59,180 bases of DNA from a virus (lineage: Duplodnaviria; Caudoviricetes): IMG/VR virus record IMGVR_UViG_3300037159_000004, positions 1 through 59,180 of that record. The stretch is one strand, 5' to 3'. The notes beneath the pieces were generated by a model. The model searched no databases and had not been told where the DNA came from. It saw only the letters and a program-made list of their open reading frames with translations. Position 1 is the first letter of the stretch. Every line of letters starts with the position of its first letter. Position numbers and translations under genes: made by a program. Below are positions 19,619 to 29,478 of this stretch, piece by piece.

Positions 19619-19968
19619 CCCAGGTCGTATACCCCATAGAGTGTAGTCTTCATCCGTTGATTCTCTGCCCTAAGATCCTGGCACTCTTTCACCAGCTCCG
19701 CGTAATCGGCGTCGAGCGCCGTGAACTTGCGAACCCACACGCTCTCATCGAGCGGGGACCGCTGCAGGGTCGAGCACTTCCGCTCATACTCGCGCCGCAG
19801 ATCCTCTAACGGCTTCGCGGCGTCGTGCTTGGGGAACAGTAGACGGAACAGCCAATTCTTCATAGCGCGACGCTCAGCGCCAGCGCGACGGTCGCGCCGA
19901 TCCAGTGGCCGGTGCTGTACAGTACGATGGAGGTTATCAATAGTCCCTGGCAGATATTCATCTTGCAA
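19606..19968 (-). CDS. Hypothetical coiled-coil protein (start may be 19863)
   Basis: ORF in the operon. Confidence 0.5.
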   Translation of the reverse strand: MQDEYLPGTIDNLHRTVQHRPLDRRDRRAGAERRAMKNWLFRLLFPKHDAAKPLEDLRREYERKCSTLQRSPLDESVWVRKFTALDADYAELVKECQDLRAENQRMKTTLYGVYDLGWFQ

Positions 19969-20368
19969 TCTCCCGTTGTAGATCCTTCAGCGCCTGCTGC
20001 ACGGTCCGCGGCGGCTGATAGTTGTAGAGCGGCGCCACCAGGCGCAACGCCGTACGCATCAGCAGCGCGGCGCCGAAGTTCCGATCATTGCCGGACCTTT
20101 GCGTCTTGAACTCGGCGGCGTGCGCCAGCAGCTCCTCGTTGTAGCGAAACTCGGAGTCGGTGAGATACTTCTCCCACCAGTAGTTGGCGCCGACGTGGCG
20201 CTGCTCGCGAAGGTGTACCTCCTCGTGCGCGATCAGTGCCGGCGGAATGGCGGCGCCACTCGGGTTGTAAATATGCCCGTCATACGCGAACAGCACGCCG
20301 GGGTCTTCCGCCTTCGGGAACGCGGCCTTGATCTGTTCGAAGTTCGGCGGCCGCTGCAGGATGATCAT
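19958..20368 (-). CDS. Putative HExxH metallopeptidase-like protein
   Basis: LIAHEEVHLREQ with downstream E residues (NEELLAH). Confidence 0.55.
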   Translation of the reverse strand: MIILQRPPNFEQIKAAFPKAEDPGVLFAYDGHIYNPSGAAIPPALIAHEEVHLREQRHVGANYWWEKYLTDSEFRYNEELLAHAAEFKTQRSGNDRNFGAALLMRTALRLVAPLYNYQPPRTVQQALKDLQREIAR

Positions 20369-20775
20369 ACGAGTGCCACGAACGGATCGTCGGCCAGCTC
20401 GTCATCGTAATCTGAGTCAGCAGCCTCTGCAGCGTCGTGAATCATCAGGTCCACCTGACGACCCTGGTACCGCATCTTGTACACGCGACCGGTGATGCGG
20501 ACAGGCTCCATCTTGAGTTGATCGACAAGCGCCGCCACCAACCCTGCGCGGTCGATCTCCTTCACCCTACCGCCGTGCCGATAGATGACGAGGTTAAGGT
20601 CTTTGCGCTTCCCTTCGCGATATAGCACGCCACCAGACAACGCGACGTGTGCGCCGTAGGTCGGCGCAATCGCTTCGAGTTTGATGCAGAACTCGACCGC
20701 GATGTCTCGCATCCATGCCAGGTCTGTCATGCACTCACCAACGCACTTAGCCCCATTACAGTGTTTGCAACTCAT
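20365..20775 (-). CDS. Minimal nucleotidyltransferase-like protein
   Basis: HVALSGGVLYREGKRKDLNL...VDLM resembles the GG..KDxD Pol-beta-type motif, with the second Asp replaced by Asn. Confidence 0.55.
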   Translation of the reverse strand: MSCKHCNGAKCVGECMTDLAWMRDIAVEFCIKLEAIAPTYGAHVALSGGVLYREGKRKDLNLVIYRHGGRVKEIDRAGLVAALVDQLKMEPVRITGRVYKMRYQGRQVDLMIHDAAEAADSDYDDELADDPFVALV

Positions 20776-20878
20776 AGCTTCAGCCCTCTCCGGTTACCAC
20801 GATCCGGTGCGCTTTGACGTCTCTTGTCCCGCTGTACGCGGAAGACCGAGAGCGCGGTGCCCCTTGCGGGAACTCAGT

Positions 20879-21286
20879 TTAGACCAGTGACGCCTGCTGG
20901 ACCTGCACAGCGGCAGCGTCCTGTCGCGCGATCTCTTCCTCGAACGCGTCGTACACCGCCTGCCACTGCTCTTGCGGCAGCGTCACGGTGTTCGTCGCGC
21001 CGAAGCGCTTGAGGATCGCTTCGGCTGCGTCCCGGCTCTTCGCCGCCACCTTGAGCACGAGCGCGTTCACTTGTGCCTTGGTGATGGACGGGACGACGGG
21101 GGCGGGCTCAGCGGGCGCCACAACGGCAGGTGCCTGCACTACCGGAGCAGATGCAGCGGGCTCGGCCACTGCCTTGGCTTTTCCCTTGGCGGGCTTCCCG
21201 GTCACCGCCTGCTCGACAGCTTCTACATCCGCCAGGAAGGCGTCGGCGAGCGCGTGGAGCGCGGCCGCAATCTTTGCGTGGTTCAT
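20879..21286 (-). CDS. Hypothetical protein with Ala/Pro linker
   Basis: GAGGAG RBS; C-terminal ILKRFGA..TLPQEQW pattern seen in this type of replication module. Confidence 0.65.
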   Translation of the reverse strand: MNHAKIAAALHALADAFLADVEAVEQAVTGKPAKGKAKAVAEPAASAPVVQAPAVVAPAEPAPVVPSITKAQVNALVLKVAAKSRDAAEAILKRFGATNTVTLPQEQWQAVYDAFEEEIARQDAAAVQVQQASLV

Positions 21287-21323
21287 CGGTTTCAGTCTCC
21301 TCAGTTGTAAAACACAGTGTCTA

Positions 21324-21360
21324 CAGTTCCAGCAATAACCCGGATACGGCCGGGTGTCAA
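21324..21360 (-). promoter_or_regulatory. Early promoter, copy 1
   Basis: TTGACA-17 nt-TATTGC-TGGAACTG. Confidence 0.75.
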
Positions 21361-21629
21361 GGCACCTCGAATTGTTGTTTGAAGGATCGGTTGTTGGACG
21401 AATCTTCGTCCCTGAGACCTTGCATACTCTCAGCGAAGTCTTGGGTCGCGGCAGCGTGCCGGCTGTTGGGCGCCCTCGTCTCGTTGACGTACGCGCGCTC
21501 CGCTCGCTCGATGGCTTGCCGCTCCTCCGGCGGTAGGTTGGCAAGGTGGGCGGCGAACCGCGCGCCACGGTTGATGGCTACACCATCGAGCGTGGGCGCC
21601 AGTCGCCAGGGGTGATTTAACTTCGGCAT
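21357..21629 (-). CDS. Hypothetical protein
   Basis: ORF with GGGG RBS. Confidence 0.5.
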   Translation of the reverse strand: MPKLNHPWRLAPTLDGVAINRGARFAAHLANLPPEERQAIERAERAYVNETRAPNSRHAAATQDFAESMQGLRDEDSSNNRSFKQQFEVP

Positions 21630-21744
21630 CTTCGAGTCCCCTGTTTAGATTTTGCGTGATCGTACTTGTCGCCCATCGCCTTACGCACGCGCACCTGCGC
21701 GGCGTAGAGACGGGCCTGCTGATATCGTTCGGCGAATGTTAGAG

Positions 21745-22245
21745 TCATGACAACCTCGCGAGATTGTTCCAGCTGCTGAACTTGCCCCACACCGACGCGC
21801 TCCTCTCAGGGCGCGCGTTGGCGTCTACCTCGTACCAGCCAGCCGGCGCCGTGTGGTACTCGTAGGCGCCGACCAGCTCGTGCGGTACCGTGACGAACGA
21901 GTCGATGGCGTCGCGGCACGCGCGGAAGGTCTCCCCGCTCGACGTGAAGTCGTCCAGGAAGATCCACTTGCGGCCGAAGGTTCCCTCGATGATCGACCAC
22001 GAGTGACTGTTCTCGTTTGGCTTGCGCACGATCAGGAAGTTGCGCGACATCGCGCGGGCGAGGAGCGGCGCCACCAGTATCCCGGAGAGCCCGCGCGCCA
22101 CGAAGGTGTCGAACTCGATCCCCTGCAGGTTCCGGTAGGCCGCCGTGATGATGCCGGCGGGGTCGGTGTAGGCCCAGTCGCTGTACTGCTGCCCGTGGCG
22201 GCTCACCACCATCTCGGGCGGGTTCAGCGGTGCCACGGCGTTCAT
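21745..22245 (-). CDS. Type I phosphoribosyltransferase-like protein
   Basis: ARGLSGI..IVRK..WIFLDDFTSSGET PRPP-binding loop. Confidence 0.85.
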   Translation of the reverse strand: MNAVAPLNPPEMVVSRHGQQYSDWAYTDPAGIITAAYRNLQGIEFDTFVARGLSGILVAPLLARAMSRNFLIVRKPNENSHSWSIIEGTFGRKWIFLDDFTSSGETFRACRDAIDSFVTVPHELVGAYEYHTAPAGWYEVDANARPERSASVWGKFSSWNNLARLS

Positions 22246-22826
22246 CGCGTCACCTGCCACACGTTCTCGACGCGGGTCCGGCGGTGCGGCGCCTTCGCGA
22301 TGCTCACCCACTCGCCGCGGGTGCCGGTGTCGACGAACTTGCGGCCGACGATTAGCACGTAGTGGCCGGTCACGTTGATGACGTAGGTGCCGGCGCGGTC
22401 CGGCCGCTGGCGGAGCCAGGCGGCGAGCGTGCACCCGACCAGCTTGACCGGGGTCATGGCGCTCCCGCCCATGTCTAGCCCGCTCGGCGGGCGCCACGCC
22501 TGCATACCGCTCTGCTTGTCGCCCCTCCACCAGGTATTGGAGACGTACTCGACAGCGTCTTCGACGGTCTCACCGACCCGGCGCCGGGCCTGGTAGTGCT
22601 TCGGCACCTCGATCTGCTTCACGTCGAAGCCGCCGACCCTGACCAGGGTCTTCAGCATCTCGTTGTTGCTCATGCCCTTGACGGCGCGGTCGCTGTTGGT
22701 CGCGAGCCGGACCTTGGCGGCAGCCTCAGAGGTGCTGCACCCGAGCAGCGCCGCGAGCACGAGCGGCCCGCAGTAGCGGTTACCATCCCGTTTCACGCTC
22801 TGGTGGGTAATTCGTCTGTTGTTCAT
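22242..22826 (-). CDS. Putative papain/C39-like cysteine peptidase fold protein
   Basis: RYCGPLVLAA near the N-terminus; GHYVLI...FVD near the C-terminus. Confidence 0.5.
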   Translation of the reverse strand: MNNRRITHQSVKRDGNRYCGPLVLAALLGCSTSEAAAKVRLATNSDRAVKGMSNNEMLKTLVRVGGFDVKQIEVPKHYQARRRVGETVEDAVEYVSNTWWRGDKQSGMQAWRPPSGLDMGGSAMTPVKLVGCTLAAWLRQRPDRAGTYVINVTGHYVLIVGRKFVDTGTRGEWVSIAKAPHRRTRVENVWQVTR

Positions 22827-22848
22827 CGTCAGCTCCTAGTTTCAGTTT

Positions 22849-23376
22849 TCAGGCGGGAACTAAATTAGCACGGATCCTGGCCCACTTCAAGCGGTTCGCC
22901 TCGTTGCCGGCGTGCGGGTTCGGGTGCTTGGGGCCCAGCTTCACGCCCCGGGCCTTCAGGGCGGCCAGGGCCGCCTTGGTGCGCTGCGATATCATGGCGC
23001 GCTCTTTCTCCGCCAGCGCGGCGAAGAGGTGGAGCATGAAGTTATCCACATCTTTGCCCAGCTCAGTCACTATAAAATGGACCTTATGCACCATAAGACC
23101 GCTTATAGTGTGCACGTCCCTGGATAGGCGGTCCAGCTTGGACACAATTACTGGCCCCCCGAGCACCTGCGCCGCCGCCAGGGCGGCGATCAGCTGGGGC
23201 CGCTCCGTCAGGCCGTCCGAGACGCGTTTCCCGCTCTGAACTTCTGAGAAGGTCTCCTGTAGCTCGATACCTTCCCTGGCGCAGAACTGTTCTATGGCAG
23301 CCCTCTGAGCCTCCAACCCTAGGCCAGACTTCCCTTGTTCGTTGGTGGAGACGCGAACGTACGCTACAGCTCTCAT
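22849..23376 (-). CDS. Small serine recombinase (resolvase/invertase family)
   Basis: [30 protein letters not shown]. Confidence 0.92.
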   Translation of the reverse strand: MRAVAYVRVSTNEQGKSGLGLEAQRAAIEQFCAREGIELQETFSEVQSGKRVSDGLTERPQLIAALAAAQVLGGPVIVSKLDRLSRDVHTISGLMVHKVHFIVTELGKDVDNFMLHLFAALAEKERAMISQRTKAALAALKARGVKLGPKHPNPHAGNEANRLKWARIRANLVPA

Positions 23377-23837
23377 ACATGCCTCCAGGTACGGCGCTCA
23401 CGTACCGACTTGATGACAGGTCGGGATACCTCGAAACGCCTCGCCAGCGCGCTGATGTTGTCAGCGGATGCACGAATGGCGACGACTTTGGCGTCATCCA
23501 GCTTCGCCAGTCCGTGCCGCGCGCCGTGGGCGGTTGTTCCGTGCCGCTGCTTGTCGCCGTGGTTCGCCTGCCTGGTCTTCCAGGCTAGATTCAGAATCCG
23601 GTCGTCGGTCTTGTCTCCGTTCTCGTGCGCCGCCTCATATCCAGGCGGGCACGGACCGCGAAAGGTCAGGAGCACTACACGAGATAGTCTCAGCGTTTTA
23701 CGCGCGCCGCGACCGTCATAGATTGTCACGCGAGAGTATCCGCTTCCGGTACAGCCGATAGACATCTTACCACGCGGACCGAACATCTCTCCGCGCCCGT
23801 TGACGTGATACGCCGGGAATCCCGGTATCTGCTTCAC
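23373..23837 (-). CDS. HNH homing endonuclease with NUMOD4-like N-terminus and C-terminal HTH
   Basis: [40 protein letters not shown]. Confidence 0.85.
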   Translation of the reverse strand: MKQIPGFPAYHVNGRGEMFGPRGKMSIGCTGSGYSRVTIYDGRGARKTLRLSRVVLLTFRGPCPPGYEAAHENGDKTDDRILNLAWKTRQANHGDKQRHGTTAHGARHGLAKLDDAKVVAIRASADNISALARRFEVSRPVIKSVRERRTWRHV

Positions 23838-24063
23838 GGGCGCCGCTCCGGGACCAGCTCGAACCCGAACCGGGTGGATCGTACGCGGGTCCGGCCGCGG
23901 GGGAGGATCGCGGGCAGTAGCGCCCGGCTGTCACCCTCCTCAAGCGCCAGCGTCAGCGCGCTGTCGGCGCCGACGGAGAGCGTGATCTCTTCGGTGTAGG
24001 TGCCGTTCGGCTGGATGGTGCAGGTCGTCTCGACCTTGCAGCCCTGCGAGGTGAAGCGGACGG

Positions 24064-24282
24064 TCACAGCGTCACCGAGAGACCGACCAGCATCAGTACC
24101 AGGTGACCGAGCTGGATGTCCAGGACACGAACCCACAGCTCGCAACCCTTCACGAACTCTTGCTCGTCGCGGATCGCGCTCAGCCAGTCGTACCAGGCAG
24201 TGATCGACTCGCGCGTCGGCTCCACCGACCGCTTCATGTCGTTAATCTCTTCCAGAATCTGCTTAATCTGCTTAATCGTCAT
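24064..24282 (-). CDS. Hypothetical protein
   Basis: AGGAG RBS. Confidence 0.55.
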   Translation of the reverse strand: MTIKQIKQILEEINDMKRSVEPTRESITAWYDWLSAIRDEQEFVKGCELWVRVLDIQLGHLVLMLVGLSVTL

Positions 24283-24283
24283 T

Positions 24284-24499
24284 TTACTCTCCTACTAAAT
24301 CCAAGTTTCCAGTTTCAGGTTCCGATCTCTCCAGCAGATTCTGAAGCATGTTCACGAAGTTGTCAAGTTCGCACTCCAGGGGCTCGCTGCCGGTGTGCCC
24401 GCGGTCTAGACAGTACGATACGATGCACTCCATCGCCAGCCGCGACAGGTCTATGACCAGCTCCTTCTGCGTGAGGATATTGAAGCGGGGCGCGGTCAT
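24284..24499 (-). CDS. Hypothetical protein
   Basis: Coupled small ORF (MTAPRF...). Confidence 0.5.
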   Translation of the reverse strand: MTAPRFNILTQKELVIDLSRLAMECIVSYCLDRGHTGSEPLECELDNFVNMLQNLLERSEPETGNLDLVGE

Positions 24500-24705
24500 A
24501 GACAGTCCGCGTAGTACGCGGCCCACTGGTCGTTCCAATATTCATCGTTGTCTTCGCGACACGGTGCGCAGAGCGCAACCCAGTTGAGTGTCGCATCGAC
24601 ATACGCGGTGCGCTGGTGATACCAGAATGCACCCTCACGCTCGCAGCGCTGGCACTTCACCAGCAGTCCAGCGTACAGATCAGCTTCGACCATCTTCCGT
24701 GTCAT
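24496..24705 (-). CDS. Small Zn-finger-like protein
   Basis: CQRC...CAPC. Confidence 0.55.
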   Translation of the reverse strand: MTRKMVEADLYAGLLVKCQRCEREGAFWYHQRTAYVDATLNWVALCAPCREDNDEYWNDQWAAYYADCL

Positions 24706-24891
24706 GGCTTGATCCCCGCGGCCTCGAACTGAGTGTAGGTGACGAAGAGCTGGTTCAGGCCGCGCGCAAACTCTACGTCGTCCAGGTAGTACAGGTCCGG
24801 CACCGAGCCCGTGATCGAGTTGCCGATGATCTGCGCGAGCCGTAGGTTGGGGAAACGCTCGGCGAGTAGCCCGAGCGTCTCCACCGTGTTC

Positions 24892-25125
24892 TTACGCAGC
24901 TGCTTGCTGTCCACGGAGGAACTCCTCGTGCTGCTCATGGTAGTAACGGTGCCGCGAGCGCACCAACTGCTGGTGATGCTTCGCCTGCATCGGGAGCCCG
25001 GCCCCGAGCAGCTGCACCACCTTGGCCCGGTCCTGCCTGTCGAGCCGGTGCGCGCGGCGCTTCGCTCGGTTGACTCCGATGTCGAGCGGCTTCCCGCCCT
25101 CCTTGCTGACGTAGATGTATCGCAT
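24892..25125 (-). CDS. Hypothetical basic protein
   Basis: GAGGT RBS. Confidence 0.5.
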   Translation of the reverse strand: MRYIYVSKEGGKPLDIGVNRAKRRAHRLDRQDRAKVVQLLGAGLPMQAKHHQQLVRSRHRYYHEQHEEFLRGQQAAA

Positions 25126-25367
25126 GTTACCTCACATTCTTGGGTGGTGAAGGGATCAGGATCAGCTCCGACTTCGCGCGGGTCGCGGCGACGTACCGGA
25201 GATTTTTCTCTTGCTGCATCTGCCAGGGCTGCCGGGCCCACTTGCTGACGAAGTCGTAGTTGAGCCAGAAGACTCGGTTCGCTTCCAGGCCCTTCGCCTT
25301 GTGCACCGTCGCGAGGACGATGGCGTCGGCCTTGTTCTGGAAGAGGCGCTCGATGATGCGGATCAGC

Positions 25368-25598
25368 TCAGGTATCGATCCGCCGCACCTCTTTCGCGAT
25401 CTTCAACGCGAGCGCAGTCTCGTACTCCTCGATGCGCTGAATGACCAGCTCCGCCGCGTGCTTCAGGTTGATCTCGCCCGTGACGTTCAGGAAGAACGGG
25501 TTCGGGTGACTGTTCACGCTCGACCCCGGGCCGCCGGACGTCTGCAGCGACTGCTTGATCGCTGAGACTACCGTCATTATCTTTGCATCGACTGACAT
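25368..25598 (-). CDS. Hypothetical protein
   Basis: AGGAG RBS. Confidence 0.6.
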   Translation of the reverse strand: MSVDAKIMTVVSAIKQSLQTSGGPGSSVNSHPNPFFLNVTGEINLKHAAELVIQRIEEYETALALKIAKEVRRIDT

Positions 25599-25607
25599 GA
25601 ATTTCTC

Positions 25608-25811
25608 CTATGAAGTAAACACGCCAGCGACTACTGGCTTCTCGCTGTCGTGGTGATCCCAACCTTGGGCGTTGAAGTCGACGATGTCGGAAACACTCCA
25701 CGCCTCTGCCTGAGTGATGGCGTCGTGCAGGGATTCGGCCTTGATGTCGATGCCGACACTCAACTTTAGGTCCACCATCACATTAAAAGATTTTTGCTTT
25801 GACTTAGCCAT
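25608..25811 (-). CDS. Hypothetical protein
   Basis: Coupled to the sigma gene. Confidence 0.6.
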   Translation of the reverse strand: MAKSKQKSFNVMVDLKLSVGIDIKAESLHDAITQAEAWSVSDIVDFNAQGWDHHDSEKPVVAGVFTS

Positions 25812-26568
25812 GTCCGTAATCCCTCACTTGTTGTGCAATCTCGATCTTGCGCGACTCGGTGCTCTTCACCGCCTCGCGCACCTCTAGGTCTTCGATGTCC
25901 ATCCGCGTCGAGCGCTTGTCCGCGGGCATGAAGCCCTCGAACCACATGCAGCGCCAGCAGGGAGGGCAGTCTTTGCCGGCGGGAGGTGCGAAGTCTAGCT
26001 GCTCCAGCGCCATATCGATCTCCGACAGCTTATCGTTAGCGTCGTCCGACGACGTTGTGGCGGCTGTCTGCACCAGCCGCTTTGAGCGGGACTCGTCAGG
26101 CACCAGCCGCGACAGCTGCTTTATACGCGCTCTAGCGAAATAGACCGCGTCATGAGAGAACCCTCTCTCCATTATCTCTTCCCGCGTGAACCCTCTCATG
26201 ATCAACAGTGCGATCTTTTTGTCTACGGGGGTCAGCGCGTTGATCAGTGCGTTGGCAGACGATTCGGCGGCGACGATGTCGTACGTTGGGTCTCCCTCAC
26301 CCATGTTCTCTATCGATTCGTCCGACGTCGGCAGCTCGTTGCGTCGCAGATCCTGGTACGCGTTGCGTACTGTGTTCATGAACCATGTCTCCAGCGTTGT
26401 CGTCAGGCTGTAGTTCGCCCGATTCTCCCAGCACCACAAGAGCGCTGCCGATATCACGTCGTCCCGGTCCGCCTTCTGTAGGCCCCGGCCGTGTAGAAAT
26501 TTGTTGGCCTGCTTCCCGGCGGCGCGCGCCAGCTGCATCGTGAAAACCTCTGACGCGTTCTGCGACAT
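25804..26568 (-). CDS. ECF-type sigma-70 factor with a C-terminal Cys-rich extension
   Basis: Region 2 (DRDDVIS..LW..W..TW...VRN..D..R); region 4 (LTPVDKKI...GFTREEI); CPPCWRC tail. Confidence 0.75.
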   Translation of the reverse strand: MSQNASEVFTMQLARAAGKQANKFLHGRGLQKADRDDVISAALLWCWENRANYSLTTTLETWFMNTVRNAYQDLRRNELPTSDESIENMGEGDPTYDIVAAESSANALINALTPVDKKIALLIMRGFTREEIMERGFSHDAVYFARARIKQLSRLVPDESRSKRLVQTAATTSSDDANDKLSEIDMALEQLDFAPPAGKDCPPCWRCMWFEGFMPADKRSTRMDIEDLEVREAVKSTESRKIEIAQQVRDYGHG

Positions 26569-26900
26569 CAGAGGGACCCCTTCGTGATGGTCGTCATCGC
26601 GATCCGCTTCGCGAGCGTCTCTGTCTCAAGGTCCGTGATCGCCTGCGCCTTCAGGATGATGGACGCGATCTGTGCCTGCAGCGGCTCGGGCAGCTCGCGC
26701 AGCTCGGGCATCTGCATCAGCTCGCGCATCCCGGTCCACAGATTCTTCGCCAGCTTCGCTTGGACTGAGTAGGCGTTGCAGAGCGCGGTCAGATCCCGCG
26801 ATCCGTCCCCTACCCAGTTGAGGCGCAGGTCGTGGCGCCCGGCCTGCAGCTGTATCAGGCGGGAGAGCGCGTCCCCGCTGTTTGCAATTAGATCAGCCAT
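26568..26900 (-). CDS. Hypothetical protein
   Basis: Translationally coupled ORF. Confidence 0.6.
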   Translation of the reverse strand: MADLIANSGDALSRLIQLQAGRHDLRLNWVGDGSRDLTALCNAYSVQAKLAKNLWTGMRELMQMPELRELPEPLQAQIASIILKAQAITDLETETLAKRIAMTTITKGSL

Positions 26901-29478
26901 TGGTCAAGTCCCCGTTCGTGCGTTGCAGTTTCCACCTCACGCCGAACCTGTTGTGTCCGTCGTGCATCAGCTTCAGGTTGCTCCCGATCTTATCCTTCGC
27001 GGCGCGCAGCCAGTACCCGACCTTGATCGGGTTGTTCGGCTCCGCGCACCCCATCTGCATCAGCGCGTCACTCATCTCGTTGTTAGGGTCCGAGAGGCTC
27101 CCTACAACGCGCGACATGTCGCCAGCGGTGAATGGTCGATCACCAAAGTTTGCTACCAGCTTCTCGAAGAGTGGCCCAACGTTCTTAGTTTCGTCGTCAG
27201 TCTCGTTGATCTGCGTGATGACCGGGTCCGCCATACCGAGCCAGATCAACGGATCGCGCGTGAGCCTCGACCATCGCTCGAAGCTGGGCAGCGTGACCGG
27301 CATCTTCTCTTTGCCGTCGGTGGCAATGTACGCCTTGATGATCGTGAGCGCATCGACCAGCAGCTGCGCCCGGCGGGCCATGACGTACGATCTCGGCTCC
27401 GCGATCCTGAAGACGCGGTCGCGTAGGTTCTCGGTGTTGGCGTCGAGCCGCACCACAATACTACGACGCGCCAGGTCCGAGACCGGCGTCATGTTGTTGC
27501 CTGACGCGACCAGCACCGTCTTGTTCGGTATCGCGCTGGTCACGCTCTCCCCTAGCTTGCGATCCTTCCAGACAGCGCTCGTGATGAACGCGGAGAGTGT
27601 TGGGGACCGTACCTTCACACCGTCGGGCACGTTGTCGAACCATATCGAGCGGTCGCCTGCCATGAGGCACGCGTAGATCGACTTGCGTAGCTCGTCTTCG
27701 TCGGCCACCCAGGGCCGCATCGCGGGCTCGGTGCCGTGCACGATCCGCGCGGCCATCTCTTGTAGCGTCGACTTGCCGGTCCCCTGCATCGGTGCGTCGT
27801 AGAAGTACATCGGGCACCGGTCCATCGCGAGCCGTGCGGCCTCGGCCAGGATGTGAGACACGAACGCGCTCTCCGATGCTTCCTCTTTCCAAGGGAACTC
27901 GTTGAACGGTTCGCGCAGCCGTTCGAGTGCGGCGAGCGCATCGTCACGGGTTGGGCTCTCGGGTATTGGTGGAAACTCGATGCTCGGCACGTACAGCGTG
28001 CGGCTCATAGGGTCGTAGCCCGGCGTGTCGCAGATGCTACCATCTAGCCGTAGGAACGGCGAGCGGGCGATGGCGTCGAGCGGCCTCAGCCTGGTCCAGC
28101 CGCCGCGGTCCATGAACGCGCTGATGTGCTCTACGCTCGGTGCGGTTGGCACCCAATCTTTTGCTCTGCCGTCATACCTGACGAAGTCACACAGCTCACC
28201 GAACCTGGTCCGCACCCAGCCCTGCGTCGCGGGGATCAGCATCACAGCGTCAGCGTTGCGTTGTATCGCGCCGTCGTCGTGCGCCTCGCTCGTGCGTACC
28301 AGGTGCGAGCCCTGCGTATATACGTGCGGGGTGAGTATCTGCTCCAGCTGCTTCACGATGTTCGAGAACTCGGCGCCACTCAGGTGGATCAGCGGACGTG
28401 CGCCGCTGTCATGTACCGCGGGCGGTACGACGTCGACCAGGTCGCTGTGCGGCTCGGACTCGGGGACGGGCGTGAACGCGTTGACGTCCGCGACCCGCAG
28501 CATGCCGCGCTGCCGGGCCATGTTGAAGATGTGCCGGTAGTCGGTACGGGGTACCTGATTGATGTGGGCGTCCCACCACAGGGCTGCGGCGTTGGGCTCA
28601 TAGCCGACAGCCTTGCGGCTGAAGTCCCGCCATAGCTGCTCTGCGGGCCGGTCGCTGTTATGAAGCGACAGCAGTCCGTAGCCTATCTCGCTCCAGGTAT
28701 CATTGTCGGACGCCTTGTCGAGCATGAAACGCAGGCAGGCGAGTAGGTGTTGCCAGTTGTCTTCGCTGATCGTCATCAACACTTCCGTCGTCACGTCCGC
28801 CGACGCCTTCGCCAGTGCAGTCTGGATTACGGGCGTCGTGCCAGTCTTCGCATAGTTGGTAGTCAGTGTCGACCAAATCTGATCCAGCTGAGCCAGCGTG
28901 ATGGTCGGTATCGTCGAAGGCAGCTCGGGCGTCCATCGGTAGCGCACACCAGAGGAGTGCGTACCACACGCAACGAACTGCTGGCCGTCGGCTAAAAGTT
29001 CTATCGCTGGGCCGCGCGGATTGTCGTCGAGTTTGATCTTGCGTTTCTTGCATGGTTCCTCCATCCGAAACATCATCAGAACTTTGCTGCTGTTCTCGCG
29101 CTTACGTATTGCCAGCGTGTCGAAGGCGCCAGCAATAATATACGCCACGCTGGCCGCTATACGCGGATCCTCGATGTCGATGTCGAACGCGTAGATGCCG
29201 CTAACGGGCCCGGTCCGTACGCACAGGTTCAGGCGCCGGTCGCTCGACCAGTACGCTATCTCGCTCGGCGCTATCTCACGCTTCTGCCATCCCGTCAGCC
29301 CGTGCGCCTCACCGCGCCCGTTGAACATGGAGGGGATCTTGCCTATCTTACCCTGGAGCGCGGACCCCGCCTGCACAGCGACGTCCAGCGATGCCGGCAC
29401 GCACGGCAGCAGATTCGCACCGAGCCCCAATACGAAGTCGAAGTGACTCCATTCATCCAATGTTGCGCCGAGTGACAT
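26893..29478 (-). CDS. Prim-pol primase / PriCT / P-loop helicase fusion
   Basis: N.CVRTG..AFDID, QFVACGTHSSG (prim-pol); PriCT-like W.E.G..L..W.DFS; GTGKST and FDNV in the helicase domain. Confidence 0.85.
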   Translation of the reverse strand: MSLGATLDEWSHFDFVLGLGANLLPCVPASLDVAVQAGSALQGKIGKIPSMFNGRGEAHGLTGWQKREIAPSEIAYWSSDRRLNLCVRTGPVSGIYAFDIDIEDPRIAASVAYIIAGAFDTLAIRKRENSSKVLMMFRMEEPCKKRKIKLDDNPRGPAIELLADGQQFVACGTHSSGVRYRWTPELPSTIPTITLAQLDQIWSTLTTNYAKTGTTPVIQTALAKASADVTTEVLMTISEDNWQHLLACLRFMLDKASDNDTWSEIGYGLLSLHNSDRPAEQLWRDFSRKAVGYEPNAAALWWDAHINQVPRTDYRHIFNMARQRGMLRVADVNAFTPVPESEPHSDLVDVVPPAVHDSGARPLIHLSGAEFSNIVKQLEQILTPHVYTQGSHLVRTSEAHDDGAIQRNADAVMLIPATQGWVRTRFGELCDFVRYDGRAKDWVPTAPSVEHISAFMDRGGWTRLRPLDAIARSPFLRLDGSICDTPGYDPMSRTLYVPSIEFPPIPESPTRDDALAALERLREPFNEFPWKEEASESAFVSHILAEAARLAMDRCPMYFYDAPMQGTGKSTLQEMAARIVHGTEPAMRPWVADEDELRKSIYACLMAGDRSIWFDNVPDGVKVRSPTLSAFITSAVWKDRKLGESVTSAIPNKTVLVASGNNMTPVSDLARRSIVVRLDANTENLRDRVFRIAEPRSYVMARRAQLLVDALTIIKAYIATDGKEKMPVTLPSFERWSRLTRDPLIWLGMADPVITQINETDDETKNVGPLFEKLVANFGDRPFTAGDMSRVVGSLSDPNNEMSDALMQMGCAEPNNPIKVGYWLRAAKDKIGSNLKLMHDGHNRFGVRWKLQRTNGDLTNG

